Part shown: piece by piece, positions 28,302 to 38,051 of the stretch
How positions within the stretch are numbered: the stretch's first letter is position 1
How the letters are laid out: each line of letters starts with the position of its first letter
Sequence record: NC_042081.1
Length of the DNA: 64,000 bases
Direction: 5' to 3' (one strand)
Notes under the pieces: model-generated
The model's input: only the letters and a program-made list of their open reading frames with translations
What the model was told of the DNA's origin: nothing
The model's database searches: none
Position numbers and translations under genes: made by a program

Positions 28302-28817
28302 TTAAAACAGATAACGCTCTGTTACTGAACGGTACTGTGACATGATGTTTAATGGGTCAACATCAACTGGCGCTTTAGTGACAGTTAAGCGAGCACCTTT
28401 TAAAAATTCACCAATATCTAGTTTCTTTACAGTAACATCATGGATAGTGTTTTTCGTAATCCACTCAGTGTCAATGCTATTATGAGGATTATTATTCTTA
28501 ATCCATTTGTCAGAGTCCCTAAATGGAATGGTATAAACATACACAACTATTTTTAAAATATCACTTTTATCAATATTATTTTGACAATAGATTGTAATAT
28601 CCCTATCAACAGTAGCGTATCTATCACTATCAAATAACTTTTCGATAGCGCTGCCAATACCTAAATAAGATGCATCTTTTTCAGATGACGTTGCATATAG
28701 GTACTGGTTAGACTCAATACCATCCCACATAACAAGTTCACCAGATCTTTTAAATCCGGGCATTAATTCATCTTGTTTATAAAGAGAACCATGATAAAGT
28801 AATTCTGGTTTATTCAC
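28302..28817 (-). CDS. ADP-ribosyltransferase-like protein (candidate)
   Basis: LLYHGS...YLYATSS pattern. Confidence 0.45.
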   Translation of the reverse strand: MNKPELLYHGSLYKQDELMPGFKRSGELVMWDGIESNQYLYATSSEKDASYLGIGSAIEKLFDSDRYATVDRDITIYCQNNIDKSDILKIVVYVYTIPFRDSDKWIKNNNPHNSIDTEWITKNTIHDVTVKKLDIGEFLKGARLTVTKAPVDVDPLNIMSQYRSVTERYLF

Positions 28818-28917
28818 TGTAAATTCCTTTTAGTAAATCTATATTGTGGACACTATTAATAATATCCACAATATAAAATCCACTATGCCTTATAAGGGTT
28901 ATAGTTATAAATTAACT

Positions 28918-29304
28918 TCAAAGTAGCGGTATGGCTGTATTGAAGTGATTGGTTACTGCTTCGATCAGCATATGTTCGATGTTGATTTTGTAGTATTCTG
29001 GTTCTTCATCCAATTCCCAAATGACAGTCGCACGTAATAGCGAAGGCGCTATGAATCTAACTACCTTGCCATGTGAGTCAAACTCTACATTGAACATTGC
29101 ATATTGTTCTTTAGTATCTTTTCTGTAGAAAATGAAATTACCAGCGTGACTGCGAACCTCTATTTCACCATGAATACTGGAGTAAACTTCCTGGTGGAAT
29201 ACTTTACCTTTAAGGCGTGTATTCTCTTCAATGATATTTACTAATTCTTTCAATTGGTCTTTATTTAGTTGCATTTGTAAGTTCCTCTTAATAAATGTAT
29301 ACAA
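28918..29304 (-). CDS. hypothetical protein
   Basis: 128-aa ORF; start may be MQLNK. Confidence 0.65.
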   Translation of the reverse strand: MYTFIKRNLQMQLNKDQLKELVNIIEENTRLKGKVFHQEVYSSIHGEIEVRSHAGNFIFYRKDTKEQYAMFNVEFDSHGKVVRFIAPSLLRATVIWELDEEPEYYKINIEHMLIEAVTNHFNTAIPLL

Positions 29305-29314
29305 TGGATATCTT

Positions 29315-29677
29315 TTACGATTTCCGGTGACTATTCATATCTAGTTTTACATTAGCAAATATCTTGAATCTATTAGATAGACTATCCATATCTACACGCA
29401 GTGCGCGAATATGCATGTGAGTATCTTTTGGTTTGCCTTCAGACTCCCATACAGCTTCTGCGATAACAAATGCTACATTGTTCAAATAGTATTCGACTTC
29501 ATATTCAAAAAGTAAAAGAGCATCATGGAAACCAATACGTGATAAAATGGCATAATCACGCTGATTAACATCTTTCCAACCTTTACGTACTAAATAACTT
29601 TTACCAATTTTACCTTTACCACTTTCACTAATAATTTCTACAATGAACATACCATGCCATTTATAATCCACAATCAT
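29315..29677 (-). CDS. hypothetical protein
   Basis: 120 aa; AAGGAG RBS. Confidence 0.7.
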   Translation of the reverse strand: MIVDYKWHGMFIVEIISESGKGKIGKSYLVRKGWKDVNQRDYAILSRIGFHDALLLFEYEVEYYLNNVAFVIAEAVWESEGKPKDTHMHIRALRVDMDSLSNRFKIFANVKLDMNSHRKS

Positions 29678-29684
29678 TACTCCT

Positions 29685-30197
29685 TTATTTAATCAGCTTC
29701 ATCACTAGAGGAATGGATAGGCTTATGCCATTAGCCATTTTAGCTAGGATACTATGGACATCGTTTGCTTCTTGGACATTGGTGCAAGGTATAGAGATAG
29801 CGTCACCATAGTAAGGACTGTAGTTAATACGGTTGCCATATACACCACTTACAAAACTATAATCTAATCCATCCGTAGTGGTCATAATAACTACAACATG
29901 ATCATCCCCAACCATACCAGATTCTAGATAGTCACATAGTTCCAGTTTTTGTTGCACACCTCGTTGACAGATCCACACTTCATGGTATCGGTGATAATGA
30001 TATGGAGTATATGCTACATCATTTTCACTAACGAAGTACATAGTCCCCCAGTTGTAAGATTGGAATTGGGTTGTTTGTTTATAGGCTTCCCATACCTCCT
30101 CCATACAAAAGGTATGTTTATTAACCCATAGACCATCGTTATTAAGACTATCAACGATCCCATCGCGAACACGTACTACATGGAGTGTTTTTGCCAT
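29685..30197 (-). CDS. hypothetical protein
   Basis: 170-aa ORF. Confidence 0.7.
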   Translation of the reverse strand: MAKTLHVVRVRDGIVDSLNNDGLWVNKHTFCMEEVWEAYKQTTQFQSYNWGTMYFVSENDVAYTPYHYHRYHEVWICQRGVQQKLELCDYLESGMVGDDHVVVIMTTTDGLDYSFVSGVYGNRINYSPYYGDAISIPCTNVQEANDVHSILAKMANGISLSIPLVMKLIK

Positions 30198-30229
30198 TTT
30201 TAATTATCCTAAACTCGTAAAGGAATCAC

Positions 30230-30691
30230 TTAGTAAACACCATTAACAATAGCTTCGCGGAAACGAGACCATTCGGTTTGTCCAACTACGAATACACGTT
30301 CTTTAGGACGCCATAGATGATCACCACAGTCAAGACCCAAGTAAAGCATATTGGCTTTCCAATGATTGCGATGAACACGTAAATTAGCTGATATACTGAA
30401 CTCACGCATTACTTCTTTTACATCAAGATGAACCAGAGTTTCACTGGTCATACCGCTCATACTGATGCCGAGCGCTTTACGCACTCGGATCAGATCTTCG
30501 GTCATCGTCCGCCACGTCTGGATATGAGCATAGTACTCATCTGGGGTCATGCTGTTCTTGTAGTACAGGCCACCCGGAGTCATTGCCATCCAATCCGGGA
30601 ACTGCGGAACCATGTAATACATCCAATCACTATTGTGACGGAGTTCGTTCAGCTTTTCTTGAATCACGGGGTTAGTGGTTGCCTTAGCCAT
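30230..30691 (-). CDS. hypothetical protein, paralog of 30691-31149
   Basis: EKLNEL...FPDWMAMTPGGLYYK aligns with NKLREL...FPAMMRTMPSGLNYK. Confidence 0.75.
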   Translation of the reverse strand: MAKATTNPVIQEKLNELRHNSDWMYYMVPQFPDWMAMTPGGLYYKNSMTPDEYYAHIQTWRTMTEDLIRVRKALGISMSGMTSETLVHLDVKEVMREFSISANLRVHRNHWKANMLYLGLDCGDHLWRPKERVFVVGQTEWSRFREAIVNGVY

Positions 30692-31149
30692 TAGACTGTT
30701 ACCTCGCGCAGGTACTCGATAACGTCTTCCTGGAATTCCAACCAGACAGCACGCATATCGACATCATTCGGTTGACGAGCACGCCATACATCCGACTCAC
30801 TCGGAAGCTCCAGGGCTTTGCAGATATCGCGCCATTGGTGCAGGTACTTACGGATACCAGCGGGAGTGTAAACTACTACCACCATCGCATCGACGGTGGC
30901 CAGTTTGACGAAAGCTTCGTCTTCGTTCGGCATACCACCCCAGCTAACATCGATGTCACGAACGACATCGTTCAGTTCAGCCAGGCGATTGTGGAACTCG
31001 ATCACGCCTTCGCGACCCGGCTTGTAGTTCAGACCAGAAGGCATGGTGCGCATCATGGCCGGGAACAGTTCAGTCAGGACAGCGTAGTAACGTTCATCCT
31101 TGACCAGTTCACGGAGTTTATTTTCGAGCATGGAGTTTACTTTAGACAT
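30691..31149 (-). CDS. hypothetical protein, paralog of 30230-30691
   Basis: GAGGA RBS; GC-rich codons. Confidence 0.75.
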   Translation of the reverse strand: MSKVNSMLENKLRELVKDERYYAVLTELFPAMMRTMPSGLNYKPGREGVIEFHNRLAELNDVVRDIDVSWGGMPNEDEAFVKLATVDAMVVVVYTPAGIRKYLHQWRDICKALELPSESDVWRARQPNDVDMRAVWLEFQEDVIEYLREVTV

Positions 31150-31176
31150 TACTAATTCCTCAGGGCTTGATGGAGT

Positions 31177-31335
31177 TTAAACAGTTGCAGTGTTGGGATG
31201 TACCGGCTTGGCCATTTCGTTGTAGGTCATCCAGTTGTAGTTGGTGAAGAACTTCGGACGATGTATCTTCAACCATTTAACGAACTTATTCAGTTCGACT
31301 TCACGCACGTGACCGTTCCAATGCTTCGGCTTTAT
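31177..31335 (-). CDS. 52-aa ORF with apparent ATA start
   Basis: AAGGA, 5 nt, then ATA; reads (I/M)KPKHWNGHVREVELNKFVKWLKIHRPKFFTNYNWMTYNEMAKPVHPNTATV. Confidence 0.5.
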   Translation of the reverse strand: MKPKHWNGHVREVELNKFVKWLKIHRPKFFTNYNWMTYNEMAKPVHPNTATV

Positions 31336-31349
31336 TTTGTTCCTTATAC

Positions 31350-31787
31350 TTAGCCATTTACGTAACCCTCGTCAGATACATAAGTGCGTTCAGGGCTGAA
31401 TACATACTTGATTTTATTGATCACAGCTGTAATATAAACCTGATATTCTTTTGAAATAGATTCCATCAGTTCAATAGATACGGAATTTGAACTCTGAATA
31501 AGCTTACTTACCTTCTCTAGTTCATCAAGGTCACTACCGCAAATTACACCAACATCACTGAAGCTGATAACTGGATAGTGTTTCCAAATATAACAATTCA
31601 GTTTACCAAGATGAATTACTTGAATTGTTTCATCGCACCATTGTTTCTTTTTCTTATTGTAGTATTCAACACGACGTTCGATGAAGACGCGAGTACCAGA
31701 AACAGAGGTGTACGCATTCAGTTCATAACCATACTTATGGTCAACGTTATTTGGATCTTGGCGCCATTTTGGAATGAATGCTTTCAT
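31350..31787 (-). CDS. hypothetical protein
   Basis: 145 aa; contains an internal TATATTAC at 31429-31436. Confidence 0.7.
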   Translation of the reverse strand: MKAFIPKWRQDPNNVDHKYGYELNAYTSVSGTRVFIERRVEYYNKKKKQWCDETIQVIHLGKLNCYIWKHYPVISFSDVGVICGSDLDELEKVSKLIQSSNSVSIELMESISKEYQVYITAVINKIKYVFSPERTYVSDEGYVNG

Positions 31788-31814
31788 TTGTATTTTCCTT
31801 TTTACGAAATAGAA

Positions 31815-31832
31815 GCCCTCCCGAAGGAGGGC
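31815..31832 (-). terminator. intrinsic terminator
   Basis: GCCCTCC-TTCG-GGAGGGC. Confidence 0.7.
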
Positions 31833-31845
31833 AATTATACCATTA

Positions 31846-32145
31846 TTAAATTACGAGTCTATATACTTCTTTTAATTTTTCACCAGGGGTAGCTAGATAA
31901 TCTACATTATATTTAATAGCAATTACACCCACAAGTTCTTTTCTCAGTAGCTGTTCTACCTGATCGCATAATTTATCAATAGCTCCATCTTCTACATCCT
32001 CGTATAATGGATATTGACTATAAATATTATCAGGTGTAAGTACAGACAGTTTCAATTCCCCATCTTTACCAATGACTGGGTGATATGTCTGTTTAAGACC
32101 TTTACAATGATAGTGATAGGTAATGCGCTGTTGTTTAGTGGTCAT
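31846..32145 (-). CDS. hypothetical protein
   Basis: 99-aa ORF. Confidence 0.65.
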   Translation of the reverse strand: MTTKQQRITYHYHCKGLKQTYHPVIGKDGELKLSVLTPDNIYSQYPLYEDVEDGAIDKLCDQVEQLLRKELVGVIAIKYNVDYLATPGEKLKEVYRLVI

Positions 32146-32156
32146 GTAAAGATACC

Positions 32157-32678
32157 TTAAATAAACCGTTGGGTAGTTCCGTCTTTAAAGACAGTTAGTT
32201 GATTAACATCTTTCAATGAATTATCTGCAATATTCTTAGCCAATAACAATAGATCATCGTGATATGTTTTAATGAGAACTTTAAGCCTCTCCCTTTGTTT
32301 ATATCGGAAACCTTTATTAATCACAGTAACTCCATCTGGATTATTTTTATAATTCAGTACAGTGATTGGTGTATTCGGTACAAAGACGGCTAGTTCGTCA
32401 TCGAATACAATGTAAACCATCACTTTATAATTATTAACCGATTCTTGGAATTGTTGTGTGATTACATTATAGTCTTTTGTGCGATGGCTAAGAAACAGCT
32501 CACTATTAGCTCGGCAGAAACTATGTCGCGCTTTTTTATCAGCACTCATAACAGCGATACCACGGATAATGAATTTATTATCTAAGGTATATTTTCTTTG
32601 AGACATCGCATAGTCGACTACATCAACATCGCCGCCAAATAGCACGGCATTTTCACCGTATCCACAAATAAGAGCCAT
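32157..32678 (-). CDS. hypothetical protein
   Basis: 173-aa ORF. Confidence 0.65.
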   Translation of the reverse strand: MALICGYGENAVLFGGDVDVVDYAMSQRKYTLDNKFIIRGIAVMSADKKARHSFCRANSELFLSHRTKDYNVITQQFQESVNNYKVMVYIVFDDELAVFVPNTPITVLNYKNNPDGVTVINKGFRYKQRERLKVLIKTYHDDLLLLAKNIADNSLKDVNQLTVFKDGTTQRFI

Positions 32679-32692
32679 TTATAATTACCTGT

Positions 32693-33052
32693 TTAAAAAT
32701 TATATTCAATAAATTGAAGAGTGAATAGTTCACTACATTCCCATGTACGACTTGCTAATTTATATTTACCTTTAACAGGTAAGTCAAAATAACGTAATGC
32801 TTTTTCTACTGAACCAGCCTCATGATTAACCAATAGAACATTCCTAGCCTTCAGAATATTTGAACAATTTACAAGTTCATAATCATCTCGCTTAGGTGTC
32901 AACATAGCTACATTAGTGCCTGGTTTTCTAGCATACCAGAGCACCTCATGACCCTCTGGATTAATAATAGAGATATATAGCTGACGTTCAGCGGGTAACC
33001 ACAAGTTACGTGGATCATACTCTCCATTAACATCAAAGAATTTAAATATCAT
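32693..33052 (-). CDS. hypothetical protein
   Basis: 119-aa ORF, ATGA-coupled. Confidence 0.65.
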   Translation of the reverse strand: MIFKFFDVNGEYDPRNLWLPAERQLYISIINPEGHEVLWYARKPGTNVAMLTPKRDDYELVNCSNILKARNVLLVNHEAGSVEKALRYFDLPVKGKYKLASRTWECSELFTLQFIEYNF

Positions 33053-33288
33053 AGAGTTGGAACCGGTTTTGATGGATCAGCAATTAGTGCAGATTCTTCT
33101 ACATAAACCATTGCGAAGTTTTCACCTTCTTTACGAATACCAGTAGAAGGTGTTTTCGATGGATCATAAACGATAATTTGGCACTGCTGTCCAGCTGTTA
33201 AATAAGTTGGGCCAGTTAATGCATTGGGTTTTGGATGAGGGATATCAATTTTAGTAATACAATATTGACCAGTACGAAACTCACGCAT
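33049..33288 (-). CDS. small hypothetical protein
   Basis: 79-aa ORF with GAGG RBS. Confidence 0.65.
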   Translation of the reverse strand: MREFRTGQYCITKIDIPHPKPNALTGPTYLTAGQQCQIIVYDPSKTPSTGIRKEGENFAMVYVEESALIADPSKPVPTL

Positions 33289-33300
33289 TATATTAACCTC

Positions 33301-33987
33301 TTAATGAATAACTGTTGCAGAAGGACGACATTTCATAGTTTTAAAAATGTCAGTAGGATAGATATTACCAGCTTGTCCGAAAGGTTTATCGGCTAGAAGA
33401 AACTGCGGGCAAACTGTTTGTAGATAACCACTATCGGTAGGTAGGAATCCTTCAATATCACTGATGAGGATTTGCCAGATTGGCAATTGGTTATAGTAGT
33501 CATCCATATTGTAGTATGCATGGAGTTTGCCACCGAATCCATATACAAACTGATGGGTATCAATTAGACGAATACCAAATTTAGGCTGCCGTCCCATCCT
33601 TTGATCTTCTTCAAATGCACTCAGCAAATCTGCAATCTCTACGCCACCCGTGATCTGTTTCACTTCTTTTAATTTTTCAAAAATGGCGTAAAAGGTATTT
33701 ACTGCCGATTCCTTAGTAATGCAGGCAGTGATCACCAGTTCAGGAAAGAGTGGATCTTCTTTATTACATCCACACGTGTAATAAACAACATTGGAACCAA
33801 TATCACCTTCTCGCTCAACCACGGCAAAAGGCTTTTTGGATAGTTTCATTTGCTTTTCAATTAACTGTCTGCTATTCTCACGAATAGATGCATATTCGTG
33901 ACTGGCCTTAAAAATAGGCGCTTTGTAATCTATCTCTTTTGGTTCTACTAGATCACTTGCCGATTTGATAACTAATGGGTTACTCAT
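33301..33987 (-). CDS. hypothetical protein
   Basis: 228-aa ORF with AAGGA RBS. Confidence 0.7.
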   Translation of the reverse strand: MSNPLVIKSASDLVEPKEIDYKAPIFKASHEYASIRENSRQLIEKQMKLSKKPFAVVEREGDIGSNVVYYTCGCNKEDPLFPELVITACITKESAVNTFYAIFEKLKEVKQITGGVEIADLLSAFEEDQRMGRQPKFGIRLIDTHQFVYGFGGKLHAYYNMDDYYNQLPIWQILISDIEGFLPTDSGYLQTVCPQFLLADKPFGQAGNIYPTDIFKTMKCRPSATVIH

Positions 33988-34033
33988 TGTATATTTCCTT
34001 TTCTCATATAAGAAAAGGGAGGTATTACCCTCC

Positions 34034-34369
34034 CTAATTAAGCATTAGATATTTAGGTTCAGTGGTGGCTCGGATCTTAGCAATAAGTGCTTTCTGATCA
34101 CTAACCTTACTAATGGGGTATTCTAATAAACGTAAATCCATGTCCCGATGTACTAAACCCAACATTGCCTTATTTTGATGACTATTATTACGTAATGCAG
34201 CGATATGTTTATCAACTTCATTACTAACAGTCTTTGAAAGCCCTACTAAATACTTCCCAGTTGCAATGTGTTCAATAACATAAACACCTGCTCCAACTAT
34301 TTCGCTTCTTTTCCCACGACCGTGCGAAGTACTTGACCAACTATAACACTTATCATCAACTATAAACAT
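34034..34369 (-). CDS. stand-alone GIY-YIG-like domain protein
   Basis: GVYVIEHIATGKYLVG...H...L..NSHQNKAM. Confidence 0.6.
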   Translation of the reverse strand: MFIVDDKCYSWSSTSHGRGKRSEIVGAGVYVIEHIATGKYLVGLSKTVSNEVDKHIAALRNNSHQNKAMLGLVHRDMDLRLLEYPISKVSDQKALIAKIRATTEPKYLMLN

Positions 34370-34412
34370 GGTTAATTCCCGTCCTATAACTATCTAATTG
34401 GACGGTCAAGTA

Positions 34413-34778
34413 TTAGCTACCAGTCCATGAATACTTATCATAAACTAACCACATTGAATGGATCTTATTGATGATATTGAAAATAGGTTCTTGGACATCT
34501 TCAAAATCACCTAGATCAGCTGCCAGATTGGCCATATATTGGAATAGCCGCTCAGTTGATACATCCACCAGATTGGCAAATGGAATACTGGCATATGGGA
34601 TTTGCTTTAACATACCAAACTTATAAATTTTAGCAAACCATGCATCCAACATTGCAACATCTGCTTTAAACATCCAATAAGTTTCAGCTGGATATGTGCC
34701 GTCATGGATAGAGCAGAACAAATCACCAGTAATCGTTTCAACAAGCATTTCCACTTCAGCAGAATTAATTTCGATCAT
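34413..34778 (-). CDS. hypothetical protein
   Basis: 121-aa ORF. Confidence 0.65.
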   Translation of the reverse strand: MIEINSAEVEMLVETITGDLFCSIHDGTYPAETYWMFKADVAMLDAWFAKIYKFGMLKQIPYASIPFANLVDVSTERLFQYMANLAADLGDFEDVQEPIFNIINKIHSMWLVYDKYSWTGS

Positions 34779-34779
34779 C

Positions 34780-35157
34780 TCAACCCACCTTTAGTTTACT
34801 GCAATATAGTCTAAACTTAAGAATATCCTCTACTAAGTTAGACCATAGAGTATACCTATTTCGTGATGCATTTACTTCTTCAATCTTAGCATTTATATTT
34901 TGGCGAAGAACTTTGTAATGCTGATACGCATTAGTCGCATGTTTAGAGAATAAGATAATAATATCATCAGGACTTTTATTTAGCACATCAGCTAGTGAAT
35001 CATCATCATATATTTCAATAAGCGCATTAACGATACGATGATGAAGATGGGTTAGTAATTGGTAAATATGATATTCGCTACCAATATAATTACCTTTTAT
35101 AAAAGCTCTTTTACTGTAGAGGATCTGTGCAGTATCTCTTACGCATTCAAGTTTCAT
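34780..35157 (-). CDS. hypothetical protein
   Basis: 125-aa ORF, ATGA-coupled. Confidence 0.65.
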   Translation of the reverse strand: MKLECVRDTAQILYSKRAFIKGNYIGSEYHIYQLLTHLHHRIVNALIEIYDDDSLADVLNKSPDDIIILFSKHATNAYQHYKVLRQNINAKIEEVNASRNRYTLWSNLVEDILKFRLYCSKLKVG

Positions 35158-35366
35158 TGTGCATTAACCTGATGTAGATGAACATAAAATCCATTACTAG
35201 GACCGCTATTAGATGGATATACTAACAGATGGTCTCCATTAACAGATTCGATTATAACTACAGTACCAGCTTTGCATAGTGTAAGATCATAGTCGCATTC
35301 ACCAGTGCTATTAATAATATCTGTGTTGACTACAACTTTGTCACCGGCTTTAAATGAATTTGACAT
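35154..35366 (-). CDS. small beta-rich (SH3/KOW-like) protein
   Basis: FKAGDKVVV...KAGTVVIIESV. Confidence 0.55.
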   Translation of the reverse strand: MSNSFKAGDKVVVNTDIINSTGECDYDLTLCKAGTVVIIESVNGDHLLVYPSNSGPSNGFYVHLHQVNAQ

Positions 35367-35374
35367 ATATCACC

Positions 35375-35677
35375 TCAGTTATAGGCGTGAAGAATATCAT
35401 CCATATCTGTACATTGTACAGTTTCAATTTGATTATAATTGTCGGCATTTAAAACTCTAAAGCCGCCTTCGGGATTACCCTCATCAACACCTAATACGGT
35501 TAGGTCATCACCTTCATTAGCAAACTTCCATTCTAAATAACCATTCTTTTTACAAGTACGCATGATCCAAATATCCTGTGTTGCTTGTAGAATCATACCT
35601 ACTTGAACTTTATTCTTAGCGATAAGACTAATACCATTAGCTAGCACGTTTGCTAGACAGCTCACTGTTGTACTCAT
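35375..35677 (-). CDS. small beta-rich hypothetical protein
   Basis: KVQVGMIL...EGDDLTVLGV. Confidence 0.6.
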   Translation of the reverse strand: MSTTVSCLANVLANGISLIAKNKVQVGMILQATQDIWIMRTCKKNGYLEWKFANEGDDLTVLGVDEGNPEGGFRVLNADNYNQIETVQCTDMDDILHAYN

Positions 35678-35969
35678 TTCTTTTTACCTCTTTACCACTT
35701 TTATCTTCAGTTAACCATGACTTGTTAAAGATACTATTTATGATGGGATTGAATTTCGGTGATTCTTTCTTTTTCTGATCTATATCCATCGATATCACCT
35801 ATACTAATAATTTTATTAATACCAACTAATGTACTACTTAAAATAGCTATAATCAAAAACAGTGCTACATATTTGATTCCTTCCATTTTGAGTACCTCAA
35901 ATAATGATTATCTAACTTAGCATGGTTATTATATATTTTTAAATTTACTTATAATAAACCATTTATGCA

Positions 35970-36272
35970 TTATGGCAATAGTTCACTGTATTTAGAATAG
36001 TTGTCAATCACCCATTGATTAGACATATACTTAGGAGTATCACCTAGTAGTTTAGTATAGGTTAGAAGATAGATTATTTGTGCTTTATTAAAGTCTAATC
36101 CAGCCTCTTCCCAACCATTACGGTACTGCTCCACCTTATCACCATGTGCGCTAATGAGCCCAGTACAGGACTCAATATACCGGTCTTCACCAGCGAATAC
36201 AGTACTAATGAACTTATCGGTATTAGCCAACATATACGACGCCGAGTCAATTACCTTATTATTCATTTTCAT
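35970..36272 (-). CDS. hypothetical protein
   Basis: 100-aa ORF. Confidence 0.65.
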   Translation of the reverse strand: MKMNNKVIDSASYMLANTDKFISTVFAGEDRYIESCTGLISAHGDKVEQYRNGWEEAGLDFNKAQIIYLLTYTKLLGDTPKYMSNQWVIDNYSKYSELLP

Positions 36273-36306
36273 TTGAATATACCTGTTTATATAAAGGGAT
36301 ATAAAA

Positions 36307-36324
36307 GCCTCCCCGAAGGGAGGC
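36307..36324 (-). terminator. intrinsic terminator
   Basis: GCCTCCC-TTCG-GGGAGGC-TTTTA. Confidence 0.8.
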
Positions 36325-36334
36325 CATTATGACG

Positions 36335-36766
36335 TTACATTGTGAAACGAATTGACACACCACAAATAGGACTATTAGAATCTGTCCAAATTTTAGCTGT
36401 ACCATCATTTTTAATAGTTACACAATAACCCCAGCGAAGGTTATTTATTTTAGTGGTATACCCACTTTTAAATACAGTCATGTCTTTATAAAGCTGTGGG
36501 ATAGTTGGTACTTTTTTAGACTGCATTTTACCAGATAAATCACGATAGTAGAGTTTATCTACAATCACATTATCGAATTTTTTATAATCACCAAAGACTT
36601 CAGATAGATTGAACTCTACCCCATCTGTTTTTAGTGGGGCAGTCATAAAACTACCTTGCTCAGTTGTAACCATGCTGATAGCAACATCATGGTCTAATAG
36701 AAATCGAGTTTCACCATTAGTTTTCTTATATACTGGGAAACTTCCTAGCTGTTGTAGAACACTCAT
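36335..36766 (-). CDS. hypothetical protein
   Basis: 143 aa; AGGAG RBS. Confidence 0.7.
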   Translation of the reverse strand: MSVLQQLGSFPVYKKTNGETRFLLDHDVAISMVTTEQGSFMTAPLKTDGVEFNLSEVFGDYKKFDNVIVDKLYYRDLSGKMQSKKVPTIPQLYKDMTVFKSGYTTKINNLRWGYCVTIKNDGTAKIWTDSNSPICGVSIRFTM

Positions 36767-36802
36767 TATTAACTCCTGATTGATGGTCTATAAAATTGAC
36801 CA

Positions 36803-37249
36803 TTATAAACCTTTATAGCATTCTACACTAATTTTCTTTATGACCATATCAAACTCACTATCAACATACTCATTGTCATGATAGTACTCATCTGAATAAC
36901 CGATGAGTTTTTTCTGGTTATGATAATTTAAAAAGAAAATAACACGCATTACAATACAAGCATGTTCGGGATGATTAAGATATAATTCTTTCTTATCTAG
37001 GTCTAAATAAAGTGTTTTTATTTGAACTGGTTCATTAGTGAAAACTAGTTTTACAGGGTTATCCAGCTGTATTACTTTGGGTTCACTATTAAAAAATGTA
37101 TCACCGGATTCACCTAAGTAATACGTAATTGATTTAACATAATAGGCTATATCTTCGGTTTTCTCTAACCGGGTTATACAATAGCCGGTTATGACTGAAA
37201 GAACAAACAATGATAAAATAACTAATATTATCTCAGTCACATTGACCAC
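36803..37249 (-). CDS. membrane-anchored hypothetical protein
   Basis: N-terminal TM IILVILSLFVLSVITGYCI. Confidence 0.65.
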   Translation of the reverse strand: MVNVTEIILVILSLFVLSVITGYCITRLEKTEDIAYYVKSITYYLGESGDTFFNSEPKVIQLDNPVKLVFTNEPVQIKTLYLDLDKKELYLNHPEHACIVMRVIFFLNYHNQKKLIGYSDEYYHDNEYVDSEFDMVIKKISVECYKGL

Positions 37250-37529
37250 CTATGTAAAGTGTTGTTATATCGATACACTGTGAAACAGAATGTTTACGTG
37301 GAATAAATATTTCATCGATGGTTAAATCATCATCAATGGGTTGAATACTTTCTAATCTACCAAATCCATCACAGTTAAATTTAAGTGCTGGATAACCTTC
37401 AATACCCATGCTAACCCAGCTATTATTCTGTTTAGTTACATGGTTGAATTTAAAATTACGCATCTTTCCTAGAAATTCAATTGTCCATGTAGCATCCTTC
37501 TGTTTCTTCAAATGGTAATATTTATTCAT
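37233..37529 (-). CDS. hypothetical protein
   Basis: 98-aa ORF. Confidence 0.6.
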   Translation of the reverse strand: MNKYYHLKKQKDATWTIEFLGKMRNFKFNHVTKQNNSWVSMGIEGYPALKFNCDGFGRLESIQPIDDDLTIDEIFIPRKHSVSQCIDITTLYIGGQCD

Positions 37530-37607
37530 TAGTATTCACCATTATTAAGATTAGTTTCATTCTATTAAATAGATAGGGGGTCTTTAGACCCCCATTTTCA
37601 TAATTAA

Positions 37608-38027
37608 TTAGAATGCAGAAATGGCCAACTCATTGCATTTAACGGCAGCGAGTTTTTCCCAATCTTCTTCATGTTCCATCAAGCATTCAATTACAACATG
37701 CATGGACCATGACTCGCCATCAATATTTGCAAATACAAAGAAACCATCATCAAGCTCAGTGATACCACTAATCAGATTATTTTTGATCAGGTAGACCAAT
37801 TGATCATTAACGATTTTAACTTCATTATCAATGAGATGGCTGACATATTTGCTAGTGATATCAAACACTTCTTTTGATGAAAGTGACCCATCCCGTTTGA
37901 CAGCAGTTAGGCTCCAATTAACCAAAGACGGTGAATACCAATGAAGACCATGTACATTCATCAAAACTGGATGTTTGTTATCCATAGCTTTTACAGAATA
38001 AGCCCAATACTTTTCATCAAGATACAT
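37608..38027 (-). CDS. hypothetical protein
   Basis: 139 aa; AAGGA RBS; hairpin at 37576-37593 downstream. Confidence 0.7.
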   Translation of the reverse strand: MYLDEKYWAYSVKAMDNKHPVLMNVHGLHWYSPSLVNWSLTAVKRDGSLSSKEVFDITSKYVSHLIDNEVKIVNDQLVYLIKNNLISGITELDDGFFVFANIDGESWSMHVVIECLMEHEEDWEKLAAVKCNELAISAF

Positions 38028-38051
38028 TTATATTTCCTTTTTCCAGATTGA

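Noticed and set aside
35678-35789. Frameshifted small gene starting MDIDQKKKESPKFNPIIK
   Set aside because: A one-base correction does not give a clean coupled stop at the next gene, so there is no support beyond an 18-aa ORF
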